Assembly (NCBI GenBank): GCA_951406725.2
Contig: OX597817.1
Span: 120,466,001 to 120,530,000, forward strand
DNA: 64,000 bases
Direction: 5' to 3'
Origin: Octopus vulgaris
Lineage: Eukaryota
Position 1 is the first letter of the stretch. Each line of letters begins with the position of its first letter. The notes beneath the pieces are model-generated. The model ran no database searches. It saw only the letters and a program-made list of their open reading frames with translations, and was not told the DNA's origin. A program made the translations under genes and the position numbers. Positions 25,684-38,549 of this stretch are shown piece by piece.

Positions 25684-25686
<3 letters not shown>
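25021..25686 (+). mobile_element. 5'-truncated R4/Dong-clade non-LTR retrotransposon (CCHC knuckle plus restriction-like endonuclease)
   Basis: CRICGDGQETINHIISGCPVLAKKEYIHRHDRVG, ILWDMPIHTDREIKANRPDIVV, IDVSIP, EKLSKYKDL..IVGALG; frameshifted; flanked on both sides by (AAT)n. Confidence 0.9.
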
Positions 25687-25736
<50 letters not shown>

Positions 25737-25744
25737 TAATAATA

Positions 25745-26299
25745 AATGCCTTGATGCAGTTCTAAGCAGTGGCTCTCATGGCTTCTGATCTTAACTGATT
25801 GTAAGTGTTATGTACATTGTTTTGTCTTGGTATAAAAGATGGGCTACAGCAAATATTCTGGTCAATACCACAGATTTGCTTGTCAATTGCTTGACTCTCC
25901 CTAGTTGAGCATATCCCTTAGTGGCTGATGATATGTGCATCTCTGAGCATGAGTAGAAGTAGTGGGGGAGCATCATATCTATGTGTTGAGAGGAACTCTT
26001 TGTGGTTTGAATAAATCAACTCTGGAAGCATGGGTGTTTTGTTCATCATCCTTAAACAAACCTTATTCAGAGACCTTTTGTGTAGGATGGGCTACTCAAC
26101 CTGAAGAAAATTCTAACTGGTATCCACCTGCAAGGTCATGCACTGTTTATCTTGATATGAAGTCACCATGTCGTGCACATATGGTTGTGATGCATGTGCC
26201 ATGTGTACCCTTATCAGACTGGTGCTCATGATAGGTATACTGGGGTTTGTATATTTGTACCCCAGTGTTATTTTGATTGCATGTACTTCTCTCTTACTC
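25745..26299. mobile_element. Unclassified interspersed repeat embedded in (AAT)n
   Basis: About 555 bp of higher-GC sequence sharply bounded by (AAT)n on both sides. Only one copy is in the window, so its repeat nature is recalled and inferred. Confidence 0.45.
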
Positions 26300-26320
26300 A
26301 ATAATAATAATAATAATGAT

Positions 26321-26805
26321 AAAGGTCACAGAAAATGTGAAAGCAACCATACTCTGGGAATGCCAATACACACAGATAGAGAAAACAAGGCTAACACACT
26401 AGATATAGTTATCAGAGATCACTAAGATAAAAAGGTGCCTTCTAATCGATGTATCAATACCAACAGCTGGCAGCATTTCTCTAAAAGAAATAGAGAAACT
26501 TTCAAAATACAATGATCTGAAAATAGAGGTAACTCAAATATGGAGCCTAAAAACAGACAAAATACCTATAATAGTAGACACATTAGGTATGATAAAAAAA
26601 ATTCAAACAAATACATGGCAAAACACCAGGACTTACAAGTGAATATAACATACAGAGAAATAGCACTACTAGGCACCACACACATCCTTTGTAAAGCACT
26701 TTCAATACAGTGAAAATGAGAGCACCACAATAAACCATAGCACATACTCAAGACACACAGAACTTGGTAATAAAGTGAAAGCACATGATAAGAATAAGAC
26801 TACTG
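26321..26805 (+). mobile_element. Second, more decayed R4/Dong-like 3' fragment
   Basis: Collinear with about 25197-25686 (MPIHTDRENKANTLDIVIRDH*), same 3' end CTACTG followed by AAT-like repeats. Confidence 0.88.
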
Positions 26806-28879
26806 AATAGTAGTAATAATAATTTACAAAAATCTATGTGAGTACTATTAAACTTTGGAATGAAATTTAAGATATAACCTTTTCTACAAAACTCATTTAT
26901 ATTATTCATAAGACAGTTGACTAATAAACTATGGGACAAATTCAAAAACATAACCTGTTATAGATACAACATTTATATTATTCATATCATTCATAAAACT
27001 GATGAATAAATACTTTAAATAAAGTATGTGTGTACGTGCATGCATATGTGTGTGTGTGTTTCCATGTGTATGTATTTACAGGAGCAACTTCTGTGGTTTG
27101 TTTACAGCAACTGTGGTTTCAAATTCAGCCATAATAACTCTTCTCTTCTAAGGACATACCATAGTACAATGTATTAAGATTTGTTCAAGCTTTATCAATA
27201 TAGTTTTGGTGTATCAGAGTAATTTTATACATAGATTAGATTATATTTTTGATTTCAATCCATAGTTAAGATTGTTTACTTCTTGATGGAAAGATAAAAT
27301 AATGGATAACAACTCCCAATGCAGAAGAAGTGACAAGTGTCTAATAAAGAATATTTTTATAAAAATTTTTTCCCCAAGACTATACTTCCAGTGCTATGTA
27401 CGTGGACTTTACACTATCTCAAGAAGGAAACAATTCTAAAGAATTATTCTGTTTTTGTATTTTATTTGCAAGATTCTTGATGTGAATTTATGCATTGAAA
27501 CAAATTTTGTTGATCTTGAGAGCGTCATTACACCTATAATAATAGCACACACACGCAGGTTCAATTCCACTTCTTTATTATTAGTCAAATGGTTGAGTAT
27601 CAATCCAACTGTCTGAAAAGGTTAAATCCAACTGTCTAATCACTGAAAATTAAACAGGCAATGAAAGAAACTTGATGAACAAATAAACTGATTGACTGGT
27701 TAACCAATATGCTGGACAAATGATCAATTAATTAGTTGGTTAATTACTCAAACAACTGTCTAATAAAAAAAGAAGTGGATGGGACCTGTGCATGTGTTGT
27801 TATTATTATTGTCATAATGACTTTCCAAAGACACAACAAAATTCTAAAGAAACAACTTTGAAAATAAAATTGTGTGTTTTATGGTTCACTATAAGACCTT
27901 TTAATAATTTTCAAAATAGCCATGGAATTTCTGCAGGAGCAGCTAGTTTTTATTATTGCATTGACATTGTGTATATCTAATTTTCTAGTGAGCTGAGCCC
28001 ACGATTGAAGTTGTAGCTAATTTACTTCACTTTGTAAAAAGCATCACAGTCATGCTTTCTAATTTTATCATTTTCTAAGCAATGGTGTTGTTTTGCCTAG
28101 ACAAGAGCAACCTCCATTTATGATTGTTTGAAATAAGTTCCTCGAGAACCAGGTTCACAACTCACATTAAGTTTCCAGTGGTGACCTTTTTCACTTTTTC
28201 CTTTCATTTTTAATTTTCATTTACCTGCATCAGACATGATAACATCTGTAACAAATATCCCATTAATCATAGGATTTGGGTACACTTCCATCATTATCAA
28301 GGAATTTGTAAAGCTTTATGTCATTATCAAAGCTAAACAATACCTGCAGTTGCTCTTCCTCAGAAAAGTACCAAGGGTGTTAGTGTTTACACCCTCATTT
28401 ACTCTTAAAGTGTAAGAAGATTCATTCAGGATTCTGGACTGTTGTATTATTTGAAGAAGCTTGACAAACATCAGTATCAATCCGTTAAATATAGATCCCA
28501 CCAATCCTTAGTACTTGACTATAAATATTTGATTGACACCAGGGAGTTAAAAAGGCAAAGTTTTGTTTCACCTATGTCTTAATATATTTGAGAATGGCAT
28601 GGATGGAGTAATACTGTCTAAAAGAAAAACACAGTTTAAAATTTCATGCCTCACTTTATTTGTTTTTCTTTGATACCATTCAGTCAGGAAGATAATAAAG
28701 TACTTCTGATTTTTTATTTTCCCAAAGTCTCTATGACTGACAAAAGCAAGGATGTTATTCTGAAACCAAGGATTAGGCCTGAATTAATTTTCAATAGAGT
28801 AAGCTCTACTAAAGTTACCTGAGAAGCAGGTGATGATATTTGAATGTTGAGGGTGAAGAAACTTGTGTTACCATTTCTT

Positions 28880-29495
28880 TTTGTACTTGTTTCAGTCATT
28901 AAACTGTAATCATGCTGGGGCACTGCTTTGAAGAATTTTAGTTGAATGAATCAACCCCAGTACTTACAATTTTTTAACCATTTTGTTACCATATTTCTGT
29001 TGTGATGCTCTGTTTCTTTCAATTAGTTTCAAATATAACAAAGAATTTCGTAAAATAATTTAGTTATCATTAAGCTAATGTTAGGAAGATAAATTGTGAC
29101 TAAGATTTGGTGGAATATTTTAATTCAGAACTTTTGAAAACAAGGCATTTGTACTACAGAGCCAGAGGCAGCTTCAGCCAGGTTGGTATCGAAGGGGTTA
29201 AGCCTGGTAATGATTCTGTTGGTCACTTTTGCAGAATGACCAAGTCACTGGGATGTAAACACACCAACACCAGATGTCATACGGTCGTAGAGGACAGACA
29301 CAGACACACATATGTGATATATATATATATATATATGACAGGCTTCTTTCAATTTCTGTCTACCAAATCCATTCACAAGGTTTTGGTGGGTCCAAGACTA
29401 TTGTAGAAAACATTTGCCCTAGGTGTTAGGCAGTGGGACTGAACCCAGAACCATGTGGTTGGGAACCAAGCTCCTTACTACCCAGCCATTCCTGA
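28880..29495 (-). mobile_element. SINE family A interrupted by a MITE
   Basis: Tail at 28880-28973, remainder at 29202-29495. Confidence 0.85.
28978..29197. mobile_element. TTAA MITE family M2
   Basis: TTAA(28974-28977) CCATTTTGTTACCA...TGGTATCGAAGGGG TTAA(29198-29201); splits a SINE cleanly. Confidence 0.8.
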
Positions 29496-30518
29496 ACTTT
29501 TATGTAACAGTATTCTGCTTTCATATTTACATACATTTAATAAGAAATTCACATTTCCTCTTTATAATATTTTCAGCCCTTACACATACATGTATATAAA
29601 TTAAATAGCAGAAGTGCATGTAGATATTTTCCAGAAGTGCATGTAGATATTTTCCAAGAATTGTATATTGTAGCTTGCGTTACAGTTCTTTTGAAGTTTT
29701 AAAGCTCTAAATGATATGAGGATAAAGCAAAAATATTAAAATGAAAGGTTGATTGTAAAGGAAAATATTTTGCCATTCAAACATCTACATTAACACAAAG
29801 TAGTGTTTTGGATATTCAATTAGTAAGTAACAGAGGAAGAATTTCGCTGTTAAATGTAAAACAATGTAGAGATGTTTGTATTTAAGAAAAAAATACAATG
29901 AAAGTTAGAAATGATGATGAAGTAGGAATGCAAAATTCAAACTAGGATATAACATAAATGATCAAAGGAACACATACTGAGCTACTTTACAAAATTGGTA
30001 GTTTTCAAACTTTACACTTTAATACAAAGTTCAACAACAAAACTAAATAGAAACCATCCAAAAGCCAAGAAACTCTGGTCACAACAATGACATCAAAAGA
30101 TGTCGACATGATAAACGAAAAATTATGTAAAACATGAGATGAACATTTAGCACCAAATGATCATTATATAAGTTTTATTTACATCAAGAGAGAAATACCA
30201 GGGAATATCAATAATATTATTGAAAATACTATTGATTTGTTACATAGACACAGACACAAAGCCTCAGATTAATTAGTCTTGTATGGCAGCTTCATATTGT
30301 TTTGTCTGTCTTTGCCATTTCTTAAATGCTCTCAGTTATATTATGTACATTCTGCTTCTTGTTTCTGTTCATTGAGACAATGGACACCCTTCTTTCCATC
30401 AAGGTTACTGAATTATCAACCAGTAGTGGTTTTTGCTACTTTACAGAACTGCAGGTGATTTGTTTTTAGTTTTATTTTGAATTTAGATCATTGACTACTT
30501 TACAGTTTTCGTCCTTAA

Positions 30519-30769
30519 CCCTTTCACTGTGAAATTAAAGTTCATGGTTATTTCAGTAATTAAGTTAAATATCTATGAAAAAATATATATGTATAGAATT
30601 GGTATTTTTTGCAAGTCACATTGCTTCAATAAACTTAACATACCTGAAGAGAAAATAGTTTCAACCATGACATTTCTCAACAGAAGCTAGATTGGTATAT
30701 GATATTGTTTTCCACAGGTAAGGGTAATGAAATTTTGAGTTAATATATTCGCTTTGCATAGTAAAAGGG
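30519..30769. mobile_element. TTAA MITE family M3
   Basis: TTAA CCCTTTCACTGTG...CATAGTAAAAGGG TTAA, about 13-bp imperfect TIRs. Confidence 0.6.
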
Positions 30770-31960
30770 TTAAAGGTAAGAAATTAAAGAATACTTTCAA
30801 ATACAATCCTCTACCTATTTAAAAATGTTGTTCTCACTCATATGAAATTGATCTGACAACGCTACCATCACTTGTAATGTTTCTATATTTTTGCTTCACC
30901 ATACCAAAAACATAAAAAAAAAACATAAGTCAAGTTTAAGTGCAGTTAAGTTGTAGTTAGGTGCTATTTTTCAGGACAAAGCTTGAAACAAACCTAAAAA
31001 CCTAGTCTTCAACACTGAAACACTGTTTATAATATAATCTAATATTCTTAAACTTGTTTACATTACTTCCTGTCATAGTTCATAATTTTCTTCTGTGCTT
31101 CTTTAGTTAAACATCTTTATTTTCTTCTTTCAGGTAATAATGTTAAAGAATAATAATAAAAGAATTATATGCAATAAGATGTATGCTCTTCTCTCTCTTT
31201 AAATACTCAGAAGTGATTTTCTTCCCCAAGAAGCAACCCTCTTTCATAAGATCACTATATATAAATAGAATATGTGTTTTATGTGTATAAATGGTATATC
31301 TTGTAGAACAACTTGCTCCCCCACTTCTGTTTTAAATGTTAGTTTTCTTTTTCTATGTAAAGACATACTGTAGAAATATTTGTTCATCAGTAGAGAACTT
31401 AAAATTTCAATATTTGTAGGCTTGGCCCAGGTGTATATTGTATGTAGCTAATTACTTCCTGAAAGTCCATCTTTCTTTTGTTTTCATGCTGCAAACTGTC
31501 ACCACATTTCCTTCGGTTCCTGCTGTTATTATCTCCATCACCATCACCATCCTCCTCATCATCATCATTACCATTCCTCATTATCATTATCATTATCATC
31601 GTCATCATCATCATCATAATCAACATCATAACAGATGAGTTCATCTATAAAATATTTAGCTACATCATCTCATGAGTGTTTCATTAACAAAGATTGATTA
31701 TCAGTTATATAATGTAGATCATATAGTCAAATAGTATCGTCAAGTCTTCAGTAACTCTCATCTGTACATATATCAAATCAATACCGACGTACTTTCATGA
31801 AACACGTGTAGTCTTATAAACAGAAAATACAGGATTCAGAATAGATATAGCTAGTATAAGATTTAATTTTTAACATTTTATGGAGTGGTCGGGTATAAAA
31901 CCTTTCAGTGTTGATTGAGCTGAAGGTGGTTCTGTCTCTAAAATTACTTTTATATATATA

Positions 31961-32265
31961 TCACCGTGACCGACCAGGCTATCAGATGTTGCTACACATC
32001 GCTGGTCACAATGCGCTTCGCATTGTTTTTTAGCCTTCAAATGATGCCACCCCACTGGCTAAGCGAGCAGGCCAACAGAAGAAAGAGTGAGAGAAAGTTG
32101 TGGCGAAAGAGTACAGCAGGGATCGCCACCACTCTCTGTTGGATCCTCATGGAGCTTTAGGTGTTTTCACTCAATAAATACTCACAACGCCTGGTCTGGG
32201 AATTGAAACCGCGATCCTATGACCGCGAGTCCACTGCCCTAACCACTGGGCCATTGCGCCTCCAC
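31961..32265 (-). mobile_element. tRNA-derived SINE, family C, full length
   Basis: - strand head GTGGAGGCGCAATGGCCCAGTGGTTAGGGCAGTGGACTCGCGG..GGTTTCAATTCCC with A and B boxes; CpG-rich. Confidence 0.9.
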
Positions 32266-32270
32266 ATTAG

Positions 32271-32341
<71 letters not shown>

Positions 32342-32345
<4 letters not shown>

Positions 32346-32530
32346 GCCTTCCTTCAGTTTTCATTTACCAAATCCCCTCACAAGTCTTTGATTGGCAAGG
32401 AGCAATAGGACTATAGTAGAATACACTTGACAATAGTAGCAGACACTTATCCAAAGTGTCATGCAGTGGGACTGAAATCAAAACCATACTGTTAGGAAGC
32501 AAACTTCTTACCACACGGCTCCATCTACAC
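32342..32530 (-). mobile_element. SINE family A, 5' half
   Basis: CAGTGGGACTGAA..CTTACCACAC on the + strand. Confidence 0.75.
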
Positions 32531-33075
32531 CAATTATAAGTTTTCCTTTCTTTTCTTGTATGTGTTGGTTTATATGTTGAATACTGGTATTTCTTTCAAT
32601 CCAACATGAAAAAATGTCACTCAAAATTTGGCAGGAAAACTTCAATAAATAACTAATTTAATGCTTATTTTCCATTTCATTTTAGTTCACATATTGAATA
32701 AAATGTGATTTGTTTCTTTTTTCACGTGCGTGTAAAACCATTATATATTGTACTGTCATTGTATACAAGTCATGTATCACCAGTTAAAAAGCAGCTTAAA
32801 ATATTACAAATTAAATGAAATGTGACATTTTTTTTTTCCTGTGATGTTCACTATTTCTTTTTTAACAGCCTATACACATTTCATGCACACACAGACCTAT
32901 TTATAAGACTGTCAGATTGTGGAAGTAAATAACAAACAACACCTTCAGAGATAATGTTAAATCTTGGCTGGGAAACTTGCTTTCAGATTGCCAAGACTAC
33001 AGGAAAGTGGTCAAAATAAATTACTTGAAAGTTAATAGAGAAAAACCTTTTTACCTATGTATCATTCATGTGCCA

Positions 33076-33315
33076 TTACTCTTTTACTCTTTTATGCTTT
33101 TACTCTTTTACTTGTTTCAGTCATTTGACTGCGGCCATGCTGGAGCACTGCCTTTAGTCGAGCAAATCGATCCCGGGACTTATTCTTTGTAAGCCCAGTA
33201 CTTATTCTATCGGTCTCATTTGCCGAACCGCTAAGTGACGGGGATGTAAACACACCAGCATCGGTTGTCAAGCAATGCTAGGGGGACAAACACAGACACA
33301 CAAACACACACACGC

Positions 33316-33346
<31 letters not shown>

Positions 33347-33511
33347 TACGACGGACTTCTTTCAGTTTCCATCTACCAAATCCACTCACAAGGCTTTGGT
33401 CGGCCCGGGGCTATAGTAGAAGACACTTGCCCAAGATTCCACGCAGTGGGACTGAACCCAGAACCATGTGGTTGGTTAGCAAGCTACTTACCACACAGCC
33501 ACTCCTGCACC
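33076..33511 (-). mobile_element. SINE family A, young full length
   Basis: Near identical to the reverse complement of 63055-63447, with a repeated TACTCTTT tail. Confidence 0.95.
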
Positions 33512-33554
33512 TATTGTCTCTCAATGTGTGTGTGTGTATGTGTGTATGTATGTA

Positions 33555-33587
<33 letters not shown>

Positions 33588-33667
33588 ATGTATGTATGTA
33601 TGTATGTATGTATGTATGTATGTATGTATGTATGTATTTATGTATGTATGTATGTGTGTATATATAT

Positions 33668-33865
33668 AGTTAATCCAAACATGAAAACACAAAGAGAAAA
33701 CAACAACGCGAGAACATGTAGACGCTCAGGAAAGAAGGAACGAAGGAGGGTTTAACGTTTTGAGTGGAGCTCTTTGTCAGAAACATAGGAAAAGGAAATT
33801 TCCAAAGAAGGGAAGATGGAGGGAAAAAAATCACCTACGGTACACACGAGGTCACATTTTGAAAG
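33668..33865 (-). mobile_element. Penelope-like terminal fragment with decayed hammerhead core
   Basis: - strand 33784-33750 reads GTTT-CTGACAA-AGAGCTCCACTC-AAAAC-GTT-AAAC; abuts (TA)n. Confidence 0.5.
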
Positions 33866-33893
33866 ATATATGTATATATACATATCTTTCATA

Positions 33894-34255
33894 GATGCAG
33901 GAGTGGCTGTGTGGTAAGTAGATTGCTAACCAGCCACATGGTTCCGGGTTCAGTCCCACTGCATGGCATCTTGGGCAAGTGTCTTTTGCTATAGCCCCGG
34001 GCCGACCAATGCCTTGTGAGTGGATTTGGTAGATGGAAACTGAAAGAAGCCTGTCGTATATATGTATATGTATATATATGTGTTATGTGTGTGTGTTTGT
34101 GTGTCTGTGTTTGTCAGTTTGCTATCCAACCACTTGGTTCTGGGTTCTGTCTCTTTGCATAGCACTCAGGGCAAGTGTCTTCTAGATAGCCTCAGGCCAA
34201 CAAAAACCTTGTGAATGGATTTGGTAGACAGAAACTGAAAAAAGCTCCTTGTATA
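33894..34255 (+). mobile_element. SINE family A 5' half (33894-34114) plus a second partial 5' half (34116-34255)
   Basis: Both match the head and body of 63055-63447. Confidence 0.88.
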
Positions 34256-34289
34256 TGTACATATATATATATATATGTATATATCACTT

Positions 34290-34640
34290 TTTAACCTTCC
34301 ATGCACTCATGGGTTGGATGGTTTGACAGGAGTTGGCCAGGCAGAAGACTACCCTAGGCTACTGCATCTGTTTTGGCAGGGGTTTTAAGGCTGGATGCCC
34401 TTCCTGACACCAACCACTATGCAGAGTGAACTGAATGCTTTTTACGTGGTACCAGTATAGGCAAGGTCAGTTTTGGCATGGTTTTTACAGCTAGATACCC
34501 TCCCAAATGCCAGCCACTCCACAGTGTGAACTGGATGCTTTTTTGTGTGGCACCAGCACTGGCAGGGTCACCAAGTAACTTGTAAGACAAGGAATTTTGG
34601 GAGGGGATGGGGGCATTGGAGGAAGGGATCTTGTGTCAGA
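34290..34640 (-). mobile_element. SINE family B variant with internal duplication
   Basis: GCTGGATGCCCTTCC..CCAACCAC..GTGAACTG segment present twice (about 34390-34450 and 34490-34550). Confidence 0.75.
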
Positions 34641-34989
34641 TGATGAAAAGTTAGTGACAGAGTGATATATATATCTAGTAGAAATTATGTATACAAATAG
34701 ATGTACGATGGTTACTGTTATGTTTAGAGCTTTACATAGATTTTTACTAATCCAGTCTATTTCTGTTTAGTTGTTATTGCATGGTATTACTAGTTATAGA
34801 TTAAAAGCAAACATAGGAGAAATAAGGATAAACACAGATTTATATAATAATTTCACCATTATGTTTGTTTGGATCCCTGCAATATGTGGTCCAAATGCTT
34901 TACTACAATGGATAATCAGAGAACACTTTATTGTAATAAGTTACTGAATAGGAAGAATTATATAAACCAGTGTCCATCTTTATTTCTCT

Positions 34990-35027
<38 letters not shown>

Positions 35028-35074
35028 AAAATCAATAGGAAATAATACAAATTGTTTTATGTGATTATGTCATA

Positions 35075-35143
35075 ATGAAATAATACACCCATCAAACATG
35101 TACACAACCTGTGTCCATTGTTGGACAAACATACATGCATGCA

Positions 35144-35178
<35 letters not shown>

Positions 35179-35195
35179 GTATGTTTGTATGTATG

Positions 35196-35237
<42 letters not shown>

Positions 35238-35259
35238 TATATATATATAGGTATGTTTG

Positions 35260-35298
<39 letters not shown>

Positions 35299-35540
35299 AT
35301 ATATATACAGATATATATATGTATGTATTTATAAATGTATGTATATATATACTTTATTATTAAAGCTTCGAAAACATGAAGTAATTCAGTCATCAGATAT
35401 GTAAACAATCTATGTCCATTGTTGGACACACGCACACACACTCATATATGTATGTATGCAAATATTTATGTGTTTACTGTGGTATATATGCTAGCGTGGA
35501 AAATGGACGTTAAACTATGATGATGATGATGATGATGATA

Positions 35541-35599
<59 letters not shown>

Positions 35600-35751
35600 C
35601 ATATATACATATAAATATATACATATATACATTTATGTATATGCATATGTATGCATATACATAGACACACACACATATATATATGTAATTACATCCCAAT
35701 GAAATAGTTCACTCATTTGATATGCAAGCAATCTATGTTTGTTGTTGGACA
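35075..35751. repeat. Three diverged 53-bp direct repeats separated by microsatellite spacers
   Basis: 35075-35127, 35376-35428 and 35699-35751 align without gaps (ATGAA...TTGTTGGACA). Confidence 0.85.
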
Positions 35752-36767
35752 AAAAACTTACAAAAACATCTGCAGAATATATGTGGTGCATTAAGTGTGC
35801 TGCAGTAGACTGGTTGAATTCACCGTTCCTATATTCTGTTACTGTATTTGCTGATGGCACTATGTATGTCACATGCAAGCAAGAACATAACATGAGTGTG
35901 TGTGTGTGTGTGTATGAACAGAGATTAGTGATGTGAGTGCTATGTGAAGAAAAACAAAGAGGGAAGAAGTAAAGAGTGGCAGAACAAGTAGAGAGAGAGA
36001 GTGTCAGAGCTTTACATAAAGGTTAAGTTAAGGTTCAAGAGAAAACTAAGGAAGAAATAAAAAAATAGATGGTACAGGGAGTGGGAAGCGAAGTGCAAAG
36101 CTGCTCCAAGTTATGCTTATGAACTAAAAATACTCAGATATGCATGCTTATTATCTTCCATACCAGTTTTCACAACCAACCATCAACTATGAACATTTAT
36201 ATTTGTAGGCTACATACCATTTTCCATCCTTTTAGGAAAATATTCATATATTTAGAAATAAAATGATAAATTTGTGTGTTGCAGGGAGCATAACACAATG
36301 GTGTTATGGAACATTTTTTCTTATTGTTATAGATAAAAACCCATAACTGCTGGCATCCATAGTGGAAATCACCAATAATTTGGTGACAGGAGAATGGAAA
36401 TGATATTTCCCTGGAACATTTCTTTTGAAAGAGTGATAAAATTAGATACAGATGTATTTTTTAGTGTGGAGGTGATAGAGATATTGTTAGATTCACATTC
36501 AGATATCTATCTCTGTATCTCTACAAAGGCAAATACACATGGCTATTTAAGTTCTACACTATAGCTGTTGTACAATATGAGGTAAACCTCTTTTAAACCA
36601 CACACTAGGGCTTTTTTGCTGTATCATGGCGAATGTCTTTGTCAGTGTGTTGCTAAAAGAGTTTATTACCATTCATTTAATTGTAGATATACTGGATAAT
36701 GAACATTGTTTAGTGCATAATTAATTAATTAATTAATTAACAGGAGTTCTATAATAATTCTTTATTT

Positions 36768-37155
36768 GGTATTGGCATGGGTGTGTGGTAAAAAATTTGC
36801 TTCTTAACCGCATGGCTCTGGATTCAATTCCACTGTGTGGTACCTTGCATAATTGACCAGAGCCTTGTGGTGGACTTGGTCGATGGAAACTGAAAGAAGC
36901 CCATCATGTGCATGTGTGTGAGTGTGCATGTGCATGCATGCTTGTGTGTGTGTTGTCCTCCACCAGCACTTGACAACTGGTGCTGATGTAATTACATCCC
37001 CGTAACTTAGTGGTTTGGCAAAAGAGACTGATAGAAAAAGTACCAGGCTTGGAAAAGAAATAAGTACTGGGGTTAATCTATTCAACTAAAATTCTTCAAG
37101 GTGGTGCCCCAGCACGTCCACAGAGTAATGAATGAAACAAGTAAAGGGTAAAAGA
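36768..37155 (+). mobile_element. SINE family A, older copy
   Basis: GTGTGGTAA..GGAAACTGAAAGAAGCCC..TAACTTAG..GAAACAAGTAAA. Confidence 0.85.
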
Positions 37156-38502
37156 TCGGTGAATTTACCAATGTTAAAACTCTATGACTCAATCTTACAC
37201 AAGGAGGGACATCCAGGTTATTATGCTCCTAGACATCCCTAAAATTAACAAGATGATCTTGGCTGAAATATTTTTGATCATAGGTTTGCTCAGTCTTTCA
37301 AATCACTCTATACCATTTTTGAAAATGATAAATTGAATAATGTGATCCTGGATTCCCTTGCATATAAGGAAAAGATGGAATGACTTAGCTGAAGCTGAAA
37401 TGCTCTTGAGTCTATGTCTACTCAATCAGTGCTGACTTTGGTTAAACAACTCCCTCATTATAAGCAGGGATGGTTTTAAGCCAATTTGACAGATTTGTTC
37501 AAATTGAACCCAACACCAAGAGAAGGCCCTGAGCACACACCTGAGTGGAGGATGCTATGATGAATTTTTAGTATATCATTGTGGCTAATGGTGAAGCCTC
37601 AAGCCCTCAATAATTTTCAGCTGGGACTTGCATACTACATGAAGCATAGAACATCAGCTTTCAGCATTTTGCAGAGCTGAGTGACGATTCTCTTACTGGA
37701 CCTTACACTTCCTAGGTGCCAGCCCTGCCAAGTCAAACATTTTATTTACCTTGTCACCTCTCCTCAAATATGATAATTCAATATTCCTTTTGATAGTTAT
37801 TATTTTTCGTCATTTAGGTCAGGTACAAGCAACCTATTTTGAATAAAGGGCCACATGTGACATGGCTCATCATCAGGCAGACCACGCCACTGTAAAAAAA
37901 AATTCAAGATAATATTTAATTAGGCGTACCATTCAGAAAGTCCTGCAGGTTGCACATTCCCAGTTTGCCCATGACTGATTTAGTTTCTGTTATATCTTCA
38001 TTCCAAGACTTTTCGCAATTAAATGTCTATGCTTATTTATACTTCATAAACAGAATACTTTAGCTTTAAATTTTTAGACACTGCTGTATAGTTTTCCATG
38101 CTTATACCAGCATTTCCTTTTGTCGTACTTTCTTTACTTGTGAAATTTCTCTCTTAATAAACTCTGTTTCTATTCGGTTCTGTTCATACTTTGGGTTTCT
38201 TAGTTTACTCTTAAGTATTTAGGTATCTTGAGCTGCATGATATCTTAGGTGGCTTCTCATCGAGTTATGGATAAAATCTCTGAGGCACATGAGTTTGGTA
38301 AGTAAACTTTATTGTTCATTTCATACTTAATGACAGGATCTAAATGTCTGCTTCTCTCGAGCAAGCTATTGATCTTACTGTCAAGCTGGTCTCTTCATTT
38401 CAGTGGTTTGTGTTACATGCTCTTGTTACCTATGCACATTATGGGCATCCCTCAGGTGATGTTCATCAGCATTTGGTTTTAAATACACATAACATGTATG
38501 TA

Positions 38503-38549
<47 letters not shown>

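Noticed and set aside
29610-29656. Short tandem duplications (23 bp here, 16 bp near 11558, about 20 bp near 58122)
   Set aside because: These are ordinary slippage duplications without further structure.
32190-32265. tRNA gene (also heads at 5741, about 13000 and about 40000)
   Set aside because: A/B boxes are present, but each runs into a SINE body with a tail or target duplication, and I could not build a complete cloverleaf.
33265-33673. Recurrent ORFs such as DGLLSVSIYQIHSQGFGRP..VEDTCPR that look like a gene family
   Set aside because: They are the antisense reading of SINE family A and recur wherever the SINE does.
35075-35751. Repeat-spacer pattern as a CRISPR array
   Set aside because: The context is eukaryotic, the repeats are diverged, the spacers are about 250-270-bp microsatellites, and there are no cas genes.
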